Below the pieces are notes generated by a model. That model searched no databases, had not been told where the DNA came from, and saw only the letters and a program-made list of their open reading frames with translations. DNA of 64,000 nt from Glaucostegus cemiculus. Its lineage: Eukaryota. A program made the position numbers and the translations under genes. Position 1 is the stretch's first letter. Each line of letters opens with the position of its first letter. This document shows, in pieces, positions 12,508-25,096 of this stretch. Location of the stretch: contig CDPCPM010000052.1 of NCBI GenBank assembly GCA_976551045.1, positions 5,766,001-5,830,000 of the forward strand, given 5' to 3'.

Positions 12508-12712
12508 TATGGCATAGAAGGAGGTTATTCAGTCTACACCACTTTACAGAGCAATCCTGTAATCTATTCTCCCCACATTTTGCAACAGTTCTATTACCTG
12601 CCTACACATTAGGGGCAATTTACATTGAAAACTCAGGTGGTCACAGAGAGGACACGCAAATTTCCACATTGAAGCCAGGTAATTGGAACTGTGAGGTAGC
12701 AGCAGTACTATC
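12508..12712 (-). mobile_element. tRNA-derived SINE with CR1-like tail (elasmobranch type)
   Basis: cctacacattaggggcaatttaca...ggtcacagagaggacacgcaaatttccaca...ctgtgaggtagcagc. Confidence 0.65.
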
Positions 12713-13421
12713 CATAACGCTGGATCATCTGAAATTATTGACTTTCTCCCTTTTTTTTAAAGTTATGAAGTCAGGTGAAATGTTTTGGATGAATGAATCT
12801 TCCCTTCCACACTTGTATTGTGGAAATCATGTAAAGCATGATCTTTGGAACTTTTATTCAAGTTTTACCCAAGTATACGTTTGCTGAGGGAAGTGCGGCT
12901 GATTATATGAATGAAAGCTTTGCATTCTATGTCCCACTCTATTCTAAATGAGTGCATCAAGTAAACACACAAGAAGTGATAACTTAAAAAATTAAATTCT
13001 GGTAGGATTCTGTAAACATTCATCTTGGAATTGTGAATAAAAATCTCAAGTTTAAGGAAGTGGAACCTTTTAATAACTTGGGTGTGATTGCAGAAATGTT
13101 GTTGCTTCAGTTTTTCTTAAATCGTGGAAAAAAAATCCAGACAGTAAAAGATGGATAGAGATGAAGGGTGGCTCCATAATGACTGCAGAAGTGTACTCTT
13201 TTTTTTAATTGCAAATTTAGCTTTCGGGGAGAGCAAATTTAATTGCCCAACTGCAGCATAAAAGAGGAAGCACTATTTACTTTCCAAGTACTTTTCAAAA
13301 TGAACGTAGTTTATTGCTGTTTTGATCTTTTAAGCTGCTTTCCAAATTCTTTGTGTGGTGGCTCTATGTCTGACCCTTTTGCCCCACATTCCAGTGCTGA
13401 GCAATATCATAACTAACTTCA

Positions 13422-13575
13422 GCAGGATACAAAAAGTGCTGGAGAAACTCAGCGGGTCAGGCAGCATCCATGATGGGAAATAAACAGTTGGCGTTTCGGG
13501 CTGAGACCCTTCATTAGAACTGGAAAGGAAGAGGGCAGAAGCCGGAATAAGCAGGTGGGGGGAGGGTGTGGTGCA
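13422..13575 (-). mobile_element. Penelope-derived element with complete hammerhead fold and two core substitutions
   Basis: Minus strand 13522-13485: cagtt-CTAATGA-a-ggg tctcag ccc-GAAA-cg-CC-aactg. Confidence 0.8.
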
Positions 13576-14964
13576 CATGTGTCAATGGTATCTCGACTGA
13601 TTTACCACAACACAAAAAGATTTGTTCACATAAGCAGTTTTATTCAACAGACAAAACTGTTAGTTAGACCTTCTGGTTATGGAAAAAAAATCAGTAATTT
13701 TGTCAAGTTTAGTTAATGTTTGATGTGCTCAAGTGCTGTTTGGGAACTTATTTAAAAAAGGCTTTTATTTAAACAATAAGTTATACTGTATTAATAAGTT
13801 GGAGTAGTTTCAAAAATTGTGGTTATTAAAACATTATTCAAGTGAGGAATTTTCATCTCAGTTGATACAAAATATTAAATCTATTATCATTCTACTTTCG
13901 TGGTGCTTTTATGTTTTTTTTGTTGTGGGACTTCTGAATGATGTGAAATCTCTCTAAGCTTTAGCTCTCCAGTGAATTGTGCTCTTTGTGGGTGGATCAA
14001 ATTTAATTCCTTTGCTGAGTCTACTGTTTTGTTTCTTTCATTCAATCAAACAGTGTTTTAAAAATTTTATTTACTTTGCAACATTGCACAATGTTACACT
14101 TGAATTAATTGAGATAAAAGATGACTAATTAAAACAAAGATTCGCAAAAACAAAAAGTCCATTGTGTTTCAGTTGCATTAACGTTTGAAAAAAGATTTTC
14201 AAGATGTTCTAATTTATTGTTAGACTATTAAACAAAACAAATCTGTTGACTGGATTTTGTGAACTTGTACAATGTAATGTTGAGGATATTATAAAAGTAA
14301 TGATATATATTGAGATTGCACTGGCAGTTTCTGAAGTGATTCATTATTACTGTACAGTTCAAATTATCTGTAAAGAAAGTTATACTAACTTCACTTGGTT
14401 GATCAAAATGAAAGTGACAAGTGAAGAAATTTCCTTAATTGGGTTTGTATAATACCCAAAGTAGTCTTGTGTGGAGGATCTTCCTTGTAAATAACCTAAG
14501 ATTGCTGGTGTTATTCCATCAATGTGATGTGTATTGTCAGGATTCAAAAAATGAATGAGTTCCAAAACTGAAGCTGAAGAATGGGAACGTATTTATTCAC
14601 CGTGAATATTTATTTCTTATCGTGCTGAAAGGGAGAAAATGTTTGTTGCTTTGCCACAGAAATATTTACATGTGTAAATATTTAATACCGACCTCTTAAA
14701 ATAGAAAACGAGCTTCATCTTGTAAAGGTAAATGATCTGAAAAAATAATTGTCTAATACAATTCAATTTAATAAATTCCAAGTTTTTAATAGCAAGCAGA
14801 ACTAAAATTCTCATTGACATTTGTGAGCATTCAAACATTTGATACATCATTATCATTAAATGTATTTATTTGAATCAAAAGTGCTCCATATTGATAAAGT
14901 TTAATGGCAAAGAGTAGCATTTGTGTAGCAGTTTCCACAATCTCCTTGTAGCTCTCTGCAGTAG

Positions 14965-16425
14965 AGTCAGAGTCTTAGAGTTGTACAACTTAGAAATGGG
15001 TCCTTTTGGCCCACTGGATCTATCCCTGTCTATAAATAATCCCACTTGTCTGCATTAATTCCATACCCCTCTGACTTGCTCTTTCAAGTAGCTGTCCAGG
15101 TGCCTCTTAATAGTTCTTACTGTTCCTGCCTTCTCCATCTTCTCTGGCAGCTCATTCCAGCTACCAGCTACCCTTTCTGTGGAAAAAAATTACCCCCCAG
15201 ATCCCCTTTAAAACCTTTAAGGCATCTGCCTTAAAGGGTCTCGACCTGAAACGTTGACTCTTTATTTCCCTCTATAGTTGCTGCCTGACCTGCTGAGTTC
15301 CTCCAGCATTTTGTGTGTGTGTTGATCCAGATTCCAGCATCTGCAAAATATCTTGTATCCCCTTTAAAACCTCCTCCCTCTCAGCTTAAACCCATGCCCT
15401 CTAGTTTTAGATACCCCTACTATGGGAAACAGACAGTGGTTAACTACCCTATCTATGTCTCTGATAATTTTATCTGCCTCATTTCATCCCTCAGCTTCTT
15501 TTGCTCCAGGGAAAACAGACCCAGCCTATTCAATCTCTCCTTGTAACTGAAGCCCTCTGATCTGGGCAATATCCTTGTGAGTCTGAGTCCACAGCCAGAT
15601 CAGCCATGATCTTATTGAATGGCAAAGCAGGCTTGATGGTCCATAAGGCCCACTCCTGCTCCTATTTCTTATGTTCTCATGAGTTTTTTCTGCACACTCT
15701 CTAGCTTAATCACATCCTTCCTGTAATGTGGTGACCAGAACTGCACACAATACACCAAGTGTGACCAAACCAATGTTTTATGGAATGGTAACATGACATA
15801 CCAATGATATACTCAATGCCTCACTGATGAAGGCAAGCATGCCATATGCCTTCCTCACCACCTTGTCTACCTGTGTTGCTACTTTCAGGGACCATGTACT
15901 TGTACTCAAAGGTCTCTCTGTTAACAATGCTTCCCATTCACTGTTTATGTCCAGTCCGAGTTTAGCTTCTCAAAATGCATCACTTCGCACTTGTCTGAGT
16001 TAAACTCCATATGCTGTTCCCTTGTCTACTTTCCCAGTTGATCTGGATCTTGTCGTAATATTTTCACTGTCCAATTGGCTAGCTCACCCTGGATTCCAGG
16101 TGTTCTAAATTTCCAGGCCAGCCTACCATGTTGTCAAAGGCCTTGCTCAAGTCCATGTAGACAATGTCCACTTTCCCACCCTTGTCAATCCTTGTGGTCA
16201 CCTCTTCAAAAAAAAACTCAAACAAATTAGTGAGACATTATTTTCCATGCACAAAACCATGCTGACTATCCCAAAATCAGTCCTTGCCTTTCCAAATACA
16301 AATAAATTCTTTCCCTTGGAATTCCTTCTAATAGCTTTCCCACCATGGATGTAAGGCTCACTGTCTTGTAATTCCTTGGCTTATCCCTTCTGCCCTTTGT
16401 AAATAAAGGTATGACATTAGCTATT
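14965..16425 (-). mobile_element. CR1 LINE, ~1.4 kb 3' portion with nested insertions
   Basis: Minus strand encodes decayed SQHGF...LxxFFEEVTxxIDxGxxVDIVYMD through LVxxHLxYCVQFWSPHYRKDV and the tail; interrupted at 15217-15356 and about 15585-15680. Confidence 0.9.
15217..15356 (+). mobile_element. Penelope-derived short element inserted into CR1, 16-bp TSD
   Basis: TSD atcccctttaaaacct at 15201-15216 and 15357-15372; body aagggtctcgacctgaaacgttgac...gctgcctgacctgctgagttcctccagc. Confidence 0.85.
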
Positions 16426-17879
16426 GAGTATGTGCTAAAGTGGTTACTATTGCAGTGTAGGAAATACTTAAGCAGTTTTACATTCTGTTAAGATAGAACA
16501 AGAAAATCATTGAGCTATTAAAAGCCAAATGCTGTGCAGTAGCTGCTTTATGAAATAAATATTTACGTGACTTTACAAATGCAATAATTTCTCAATGTAA
16601 AAGCTTAGTTTCCATATTTGAGCAAAAGTGCCTGAGTAGTATTATTAAACAAAGCATTTTTTGTGATCAATAAATTTAGCTTTGAACATAAGTTCTTTTT
16701 TGTTATTGAAGACATTGCTTGATTTTTACAACTATTGTGTAGTATTTACTTTTCCTTTGCACTTCACAAGCAATTGCTGCTGATCTGGCTGATTTCCAAA
16801 AAAAACTGATCTATGCAAAATTATTTAGAAGACCAGCAGTGGAGTGTATTTATAGTGTATGCTTTGGTGTGTACTTTAAACTACTTGAGTATACTAGGTC
16901 AAGAATCAGGTTCCTTTGATAATGCAGAAGCAGAAATGTCCTTTCGCTTTTAATTTGCATGTTCATGAATGTTTACCTTTTAAATTTCAGAACTGGTTAT
17001 CACAGTAATAAGATCTTGGAAATGATCACAAAGGAAACTTTTCATTTTTGAAAATCTAGGCTTAAAAGTCATTTGTTTTTAATTTACAGATCTGATTATG
17101 GCAGTTCTGTCCAGACTCATGCTTGTGGTTAGGAGAAGTTATTTAAGCAGAGGAAGTGTTTACATGTTGAAGGGTCACCCTTCAACACATAAAATGCACC
17201 ACATAAATAATTTGACTTTTTAATGATCTACCAGACTTTCCTGAATAGCCACCATCAGTTGCTCCATATAGAAAACACAGTTATATTTTTATTACTTGTA
17301 TTTTAAGATCATCAAAAGCAAAATGTTTAACTTCTAAAATGTATTGGTTTTAGAACTCATTAATGGATACCCCTGAGAAAACAGAATCTCTTGAGGTTAG
17401 AATATTTTGCAAAAAGGCAAGAGATGTTGGTGATATATTACCTATGAACAAAACTGCAGCATGCTACTGTAGAGGATAGCTGCTGCTTCCCATTTTTTTT
17501 AAATAATGTTTTGAAAATGGAGATTTCTCAAACATACAGCAAGTTTCTCTTCAATTAAGCAACCCCTGCAAAACTGAGTGTGATTCATGACTACTTGACC
17601 AATTATTCCTTATTAATAAATGTCTCCACAAACTAGATTCTTTTCTCTTGATGTACTTCATTGGAGGCCAGTCTTTTAAGCTTGTTGGAAATGTTGCTAC
17701 TGAGTTTATTGAAAGCCCTGCTAAAATTGCAGTCACAGCAAATTTCTTAGTGGTATACAAAAGTTATTGTTTAAGGTTGTAGAATGTTCAGTTTTGTGGT
17801 TTCACCCAAAAGTCAATTAGCTTTTAATGAATCAAGCCACAGTACTCAGTTGGCACTTCCCCATACATTCGAAAGTTGA

Positions 17880-18691
17880 ACTCTGTCATTGAAGCATCCC
17901 AGAGAATGATCTGGGCCATTTATAGCATTCACAAAAGTCCTCTATCAATCTGCCCCATTGCAAAACAATGCACTCTCCCTCATCCTACTCTGTCAGTAAT
18001 ATTGATGAAACCCTGAAAAACATGAAGAAACTCCTTTTCTTGACATCCACCTCTTGGTAAAGATAGACATCAATAAAGAATTCTCATAGATGGTGAGAAC
18101 TTTCAAAGATCAAGACCTCAAACCCAACATGAAGCTCATGGTCTGCTGGGCAGCAGTGTTCCCTGCCCTTCAGTACACTTCAGAGATCTGGGCCATTTAT
18201 AGCAGGCATCTCAATCTTCAAAGAGAGATACCACCAATGCTACTCCTGCCCTATCCTAAATTGTCCAAATCTATTGATGGGATAACTGAACCAATATCAG
18301 CATCCTCCCAGGTTAACAACGTCAGCGTTGATATGTTGATTATCCTCAGCTGGCTTGGATGGGTGGCCACATCATCCACATTCCAGTTACCAGACTCCCA
18401 AAAACAGGCTGTAATATCTGAGCTATGTTATAGAAAGTATTTGTCAGGAGGATTGAGGGGAAAAAAGGGGTTGGGGGCATGGAAGATACTCACTGACTCA
18501 AGGGAATCTCTGACCCATTCCACGGTGCATGTGGAATAACACTGAGAATAGGAATCTACAGCAAGATGCAAAAGTACCATGAAAATGGCAGGAGGATTCC
18601 CCCACCTTGTACTACCCACCTGCTTGCCCCCATCAAGTACTTTATGCCCCGTCAGTGGCAGTGTGTGTGGATCCCACATTGGTTTAATCAG
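17880..18691 (+). mobile_element. RTE-clade LINE ORF C-terminal fragment
   Basis: Peptide FKDQDLKPNMKLMVCWAAVFPALQYTSEIWAIYSRHL (TKLxVYxAxVxPxLLYxSETW motif); ends in CGSHIGLIS, a zinc-finger remnant. Confidence 0.85.
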
Positions 18692-18757
18692 TGACTAAGT
18701 ATTTACAATTTCTTTTCCGTAACTGATCCAACGATCACCATAAATAACAATCTCAAA
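18692..18757 (+). repeat. Left arm of a 66-bp inverted repeat
   Basis: 63/66 identical to the reverse complement of 19041-19106, with a looser ~20-nt inward extension. Confidence 0.95.
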
Positions 18758-18913
18758 AATAAATGCACAGATCTTGAATGGAAATAGGTCATCCTTGACT
18801 ACAAAGGACTGCCAAAGGCCTTGTCTCTTGAATTATGAGGGAATAATGTAGAGCTTTTGAAGTGAACATTTTTGTTCCATTCTTTAAAAAAAAAGGTATT
18901 TTTTTCTTTTCAG

Positions 18914-19014
18914 GAGTAGAGCTTGGCCCCCTGGCCAGAACTTGACTATACATGTCAGATTGGATGTATGTTCTTCTAAGGCAACCAAGTTTAGACCATA
19001 CCATTTAGGCTCGG
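18914..19014 (+). other. Candidate 101-nt exon or pseudoexon
   Basis: Strong acceptor tttttttcttttcag|G at 18913, donor CGG|gtcagt at 19015; one frame open (SRAWPPGQNLTIHVRLDVCSSKATKFRPYHLGS), not recognised. Confidence 0.35.
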
Positions 19015-19040
19015 GTCAGTGCTTTCAGATCAATGTCATG

Positions 19041-19106
19041 TTTGAGATTGTTATTTATGGTGATAGTTGGATCAGGTATGGAAAAGAAATTGTAAATACT
19101 TAGTCA
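19041..19106 (-). repeat. Right arm of the 66-bp inverted repeat
   Basis: Reverse complement of 18692-18757. Confidence 0.95.
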
Positions 19107-22100
19107 TGGGTTGGGTTTGGATTGTCTGCAGTTGGTTATAATGGGTTTCTAATTGTAAACCTGAGTGTCCTCTGTTCAGGACATAAAAACATAAAATGTT
19201 GGAAGTGTTCAGCTGATTGGGCATCATCTGTTGATAGAGTTAATGTTTCATGACCTTTCATGATGACCTTTCATCGCTGCTTAATAATGATCAGAAATGT
19301 AGAGAAGGGGGGAGGGTGTGGAGAACAAAAAAGAATGTCCATGATAGGGATACTATTCAGGGGCCTTTTTTTTGAAGAAGCATGGATTTAACCATTAGAA
19401 AAGGTTCTTTGATGACTGAAGTTTTCAAATTGAGTAGTTAGCGAGATCAGTAATGTTTTTGAATGTATTACTTATTTGTACAGAAGAGTTGGAGATCAAT
19501 TTTTGTCGATGTAATTTTCTTGTTGGCTACAGGAGAGCTGCTGTGTTTTTTCTCTCTCCTGATAAAATGCTGCTTTTAATTTCTAAACTGAGGTTGTCAT
19601 TTGCTCTGGGAGGAATCGAAGACCACAAAACCATATCCTGCTTTTGTATCCTGCTTTGACTTGTGTAAATTTATTTATATATTACACATTTCCATCATAA
19701 ATGAGAGAGTTTTAAAAGAAACAGTTACTTCTCCACAAGTTAATATTTCAATTTAGTTAAAACTTGGAAGCTTTTTTCCTCTCCAAGAAAGAACAAAATA
19801 ATTTTTGTACAAATTGATCTGTTCTCGACAAATTGGATTGAATTCTGTAATCCCTTTATACTTTAAATCTTGAAGATTTGGACTAATCACTTGGAAAATC
19901 AGCATTTTGAACATGAATATGTGGTAGTAGTTGGTTTTTCACTTCAGTTTAGAGCTGCTGATGATCAGCAGAATGAAAATAATGACTGTGTCATTAATTA
20001 CTTATGCTAGTGGTGCTGTTATCTGTGTACATCACTAAAGAAAGCTAATTAAAAAAATACTATTCCATACAATAATAGGAAATCACCCAATTGTAATATT
20101 ATTAAATTAAAAATAATTACTCATTGTTTTGTTGCAATTTATCATTAACCTCTGAAATTTGTATTGTACACTGAAATGTTAAAACCTTTCTCTCTTTCCC
20201 ACAAGTTTGGAGCACTTCATAGGATTACTGAAGGAAATGTAGTTTGTATTTATTTCTCCTTTAGAAGGAATTGATGAGATCGTACTGTAAGCTTCTCCAC
20301 AAGTTTTACTTCCTTCTCCCTCTCTTTAATCGTACTGCTGTGTGGAAAGAATAGATTTCTTTATAGCAAGAGAACTATTGACTCCAAGCAAGTTAATCAC
20401 AGTCATTGCAAAGACTGATATTTACATTTGAATTGCAGTGGAGTTTAGTGCACCTCTAATCTTGTTCGTACAAGGCAGAGAGTTGTCTATGTTTTAGATT
20501 TAAAGTTTGAATACTTCCTACTTTCCTCACTCATGTACAACAGCCATTAGCATGGAACTGGGAGAAATTTACAAGTTTCTGTTTGAAATACAGTAGTTGC
20601 AACTGCATTTTAAACAAATTAAATTTATACTGCCTCATAATAATCAAAGGTTTTAAAACAAAACAATGCAGTTTGTCTTTAATCACTGAAAATAAACTAC
20701 AGATGCTGAAAATTTGAAATGAAATCAAAGTGCTGGAAATACTCAATTGGTCAAACAGCAACTGCAGAGAAAAAAAAAAGTGCTTCAGGTCAATAACCTT
20801 TAATCAGTCCCAGTATTTTGTTTTTGTATGATATTCTTAGTCATAACATTCACTAATGTGATCCAAAACTATTTCTGTTGCATTGATTCCACTTCATGGC
20901 TGCATAGCATCCTTTCAACCTTTATTCTATACTCTTATATTTTGTTATGATATACAAGGAGGTCATGCAGCCCATTGCTTCTGTACTGGCTCTCTGAGCA
21001 TTCCCATTCTGCTGTGTATTGTATATTTATCCACTTTTTCTTTTAAAGATACGGTGATCTAGGGTTCAACTTTCACCTGTAGCAAACTATTTCATAGTCT
21101 AAGTGTATTTCCCAAGCAACCATATTGACTGTATATCTTCAGCTTTAAGTAGCATCTATTTTGTTGTAAAAAAAAAGGAGGGTCAGGTTTCTAGTACATG
21201 AGCAATAAAAGATTAACCAAGTATGATAGACTACTGATCAGCTATTAAACTTTAGTTTTCAGATGGAAAGTGAAATTGTGTCCAACAGCTTTACTTTTGA
21301 TGTATTTTGGAAGATCTTTTACAAAAGTGTAAAATAGATTTGGTTACATTTTTAGTTAGCTTTTTAAAGAAAAGCTCTACAATTTTTTTCTAAAAAGCAA
21401 ATAATATTATTCAAACTAATATTCTGCAGCTCTACAATCCCCCATTGAAATCAGTTGGATCTTAAATCCCATGTTAGTTCTAATATGGCATTCCCTCCCT
21501 GCATGATGTTGGAGAATCTTGATAAGATGGACCTTGACTGCTTTTGGGGAAACAAACCGACAGATTTGGCATTTTTGAATCAAATCTTATGGGGACCAGG
21601 CAGGAAAGTGGAGATGATCTAAGATGGTGGGGCAGGAATATGAGGTTGTATGGTCAACTCTTCCATTAGCTCTTGTGTTCTTGTGATCTTATTTTCCTGT
21701 AAATCTGCAAGTAAATTTGGAATGTTTGCCACATGCTGTTGATTCCATTTGGGCAGCATAATTTTCCTTTCTTCCCTGAACCTGTCTTGTCCTCTTCCCT
21801 TCCCCTCAACACTGCTTAGACCCTGGTGTTTTGAAGTTCTCCTGTGTCTTATTTGTACTTTCCCTGTTTTCTGTGCCACTTAGAATGACGATGTCAAGCT
21901 AATTTCTATGCCACTTGATTATAAAGGCAGCAGGGTTGGGAGGCAGCAGTGATTAAAAAAATATTATGTAGGCTTGGGAATTAGAAGTATAAACTAGGTG
22001 GGAGAAAGAAGCAGGCAAAATGGAGAGCTTGCTGAGGATCTGTGAAGAGATGATGGCCAGACTGGAGCTGAGAGGCCATGGTTAAAGGATGGATGCAGTG

Positions 22101-23625
22101 CTAGAGGATGGAGGAACGAAGGAAGGGAGTGCTGTGGGATTGAGATATCAGCCTCTTCATAGCACCTCCACTGCTGCATTACATATATTTGTCTGTGTGT
22201 GTGTGTTGAATTCCTCATAATAGTGCATTTGTATATGAAGCAACTGTTTGGAATTTGCTTTTTAACTCTGAAAATAAAAATATTTTTGACTGATGATGGG
22301 TTATGATGTTCTTTTACTAAAAAAGATATAGGTCGTTGGTTGATTTAGAAAAGCTTGCTTCATTCACTTTTACAGTACTGGTACTCTGGAACATTTGCAA
22401 GATATCCTTGTTCTTTTTTTCAGTGAAACTCTTTCAAAATCAATTTCACTTTTGTGAATTAGGGACTAGAAACTGATGGCCATGGTTCATTCTCTGGGAT
22501 GGACTATGCATTAAGTACTATGTAAACTTTTCTAAGCTGTTGCTTAAAACTGTATATTTGTGTTACGGCATGCTGTGCATATATGACATGATGAAAATTT
22601 TATTCTGTGGCCTTTACCATGCCTGCATGCAGGATGCACACCATGATCTTCGTTACTGAAGCTGCTGGTCTGTAGCTTCAGTGTGACCAGGTCAGTCTCT
22701 GATTCTTTGTCATCCGTAGCTGAGCAAATTAAGAATGGCTGCAAACCCTGGCTCATCAGTGTACTTTAATCAGCAGGTATGTTACAATCTTCATCTTTTA
22801 TATGTACCACTTGGACATGAAAATATTTGGCTATGAAGCAATGCAACATTTATTCCCTCTAATGAACTGTGCAACTTTTTGTTCAAGTTGGAGGGAGCTC
22901 TTATCGGTTGTCCAGCCTGGTGTGCCCCTGATGGGAATTAGAATAGTTGAACTAAGAAAAAGAAATGAGCAAGATAAATAATAAAACACATCTTGAAGTT
23001 TTTTTGAAGTTTATTTGAATTACATCTTAAAGCATTATCTATTCATTCAGAATTGACTGTATATTCTGTAATTTGATGATTTAGATCCTGCTATACCTAA
23101 TAAATTCGCGTTGGCATCTTCTGTACCTTTTTGGCCCTCTTTGTCCATAAGTTAACAAGTTTTTTTTATGCTTCAATTTTACTTTCATAAAATAAAGGCT
23201 TTCAGTCTCCAAAGGGTGACGTGAAAGCGGACCTGTATTGAATAGGTACCCTCTTATAATCTTTTACAGAGTGAACCTATTTTACTTTTTAAATGTTTTG
23301 TTGGTTTATCTTTCAGGAAAGCTTGACATCTTCATCAAGTTCACAGTGGGCTGGCTTTGTTTGCTTTCGCTTGAATGCTTGATAAGATTTTTGCCCATTG
23401 TTTCCTGCCACATGAACAAGGCTTGTCATGGCAGGGGCGGGTTTTTGTGAAACCACAATATGGTCATTGTCTGGCAGTGAATAATTGTGGCTGCTTTCTG
23501 TATAACCAGCTCTCAGGCTTTGACTGTGTACCAATTCCTTTTTTCCTGCATGAAAAGGGTCTAATCCATGTAAATACGGCCTACAAAATAAAGCTTTACA
23601 GAAAGGAAAAAGTCTGCCAAGTAGG

Positions 23626-23657
23626 AGGTCGGAGGTCAGCAATTTAACCTTTAACCT
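23626..23657. promoter_or_regulatory. Two oppositely oriented nuclear-receptor DR1-like elements
   Basis: AGGTCG-g-AGGTCA (+, 23626-23638) and AGGTTA-a-AGGTTA (-, 23645-23657) in unique sequence. Confidence 0.4.
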
Positions 23658-25034
23658 AACAAATAAGAAGCATGAAAGTTCTAGAATTAGTTTACAAAGG
23701 CAAGCTCCTGTGATCTGTCAGATTTTCTTCTCACTGAAGAAAATGTGAGGAGGATTGATTGACACTGCAGCTTGTGACTTCAGATGCAAAAAAAAACTGA
23801 GAGTATGGGTTCTGCAGGGCTAGTGATCACTTGCCGTCTGTGCCTGTGTTACAATTCAGAAGTTTTGTATCCAGAATTGGCTTTGGCTAAGTAAACTAAA
23901 TTTAACACTTTTTGAATATTTGGAATAATTCAGAGAATGCTTGTGGATGATTCTTAATAAAAAGATGTATTACGTTGATAATAATTGGGGTCATGAAAAA
24001 TAAATCCCCCTGCTTTGCATAGCAATGTAGGAACTTGTGCGTTCTCGCCAAAACAGAACCTGAAGTTTGATTAATATTAAATATTTCATAATGCATTTTG
24101 AGATCAGATCTGCCCATTTGTTCTTTGGAGGGAGTTGGTTATTTTTTTTCAGAATATTCCTTAAATTATATCTTTCATACACAAGTGTTTAACAAACAGC
24201 TGGGTGTTTGGCAGTTGTGTTCTCAAAAAATTAAACAAGGTCTTGGATTGGAGTTTAGTAAATGTGAATTTTTGGTTTTACTGCTTTTGTGTTGCTGTGA
24301 TGTAAATTTTAGAATGCATAATTCTTGCAGACAATTTTGATGAGATTTACTTACATTAGGACAACCTTCTTTTTAAAATGGGGATTTTCCCTGATTACAC
24401 CAGAAGTCAGTGCAGTAAGGTGGTATGAAAGCAACATAAAGGTTGCTTGGGGAGGAGCATGTGACTGCCTATTAACCCTTGAACTTGTATTTTTCAACAA
24501 GCCGCATTCCAAACTGGTTTTCCAGTATTCTCTGCACTGGATTGCTTACCCTAATTGCATGTATCTTCTTTTCTCCTGGGATACCTGCTCTTGGCAGCTT
24601 GCGATGGGGGAAGCAGTTTTGAATTACTTCACTCTTCAAAGGAGAAACAATGGCATTCGCTGCTGACCTGGAAAAAGCTGCCCACAAAGATCGAGTGATC
24701 TCTCTTTGACGAGAACTTCCCCTATTCTGAAGCCTGCTGCTGTAATTGTTCTGACACAATCTAGGCCATCATTACATTCAAGAACAAAACGTGGACTATG
24801 GCACTCTATGCAGCTGAAGATTTTCAATTACCCTATCTTCAGTTCTGAGAGAGAGTTTCTCCTACTTTAAATATAAAATTCAGTTTGTCATATACGTATT
24901 TGAATAGTGATATGAAGGTGAGCATTGCATTTAAAAGGCCAATCAAGGTAATGCTGTTTGCACCTTTGTATGGACCCTCCATATTTGTATGGAATACTGT
25001 GTCCTCTTCATAGGTGCTAATTGGGTGGAATTGT

Positions 25035-25096
25035 TTCCTGTATTCTGACACAGTTATAAAGTATGAAACTAATAGTAAAGATGCTTCATCTTGTAA
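25035..25096 (+). repeat. 62-bp dispersed direct repeat, copy 1
   Basis: Ungapped 51/62 identity with 26584-26645. Confidence 0.9.

Noticed and set aside
22588-22659. C/D box snoRNA candidate (ATGATGA...CTGA)
   Set aside because: Spacing is plausible, but there is no convincing terminal stem, D' box or guide complementarity.
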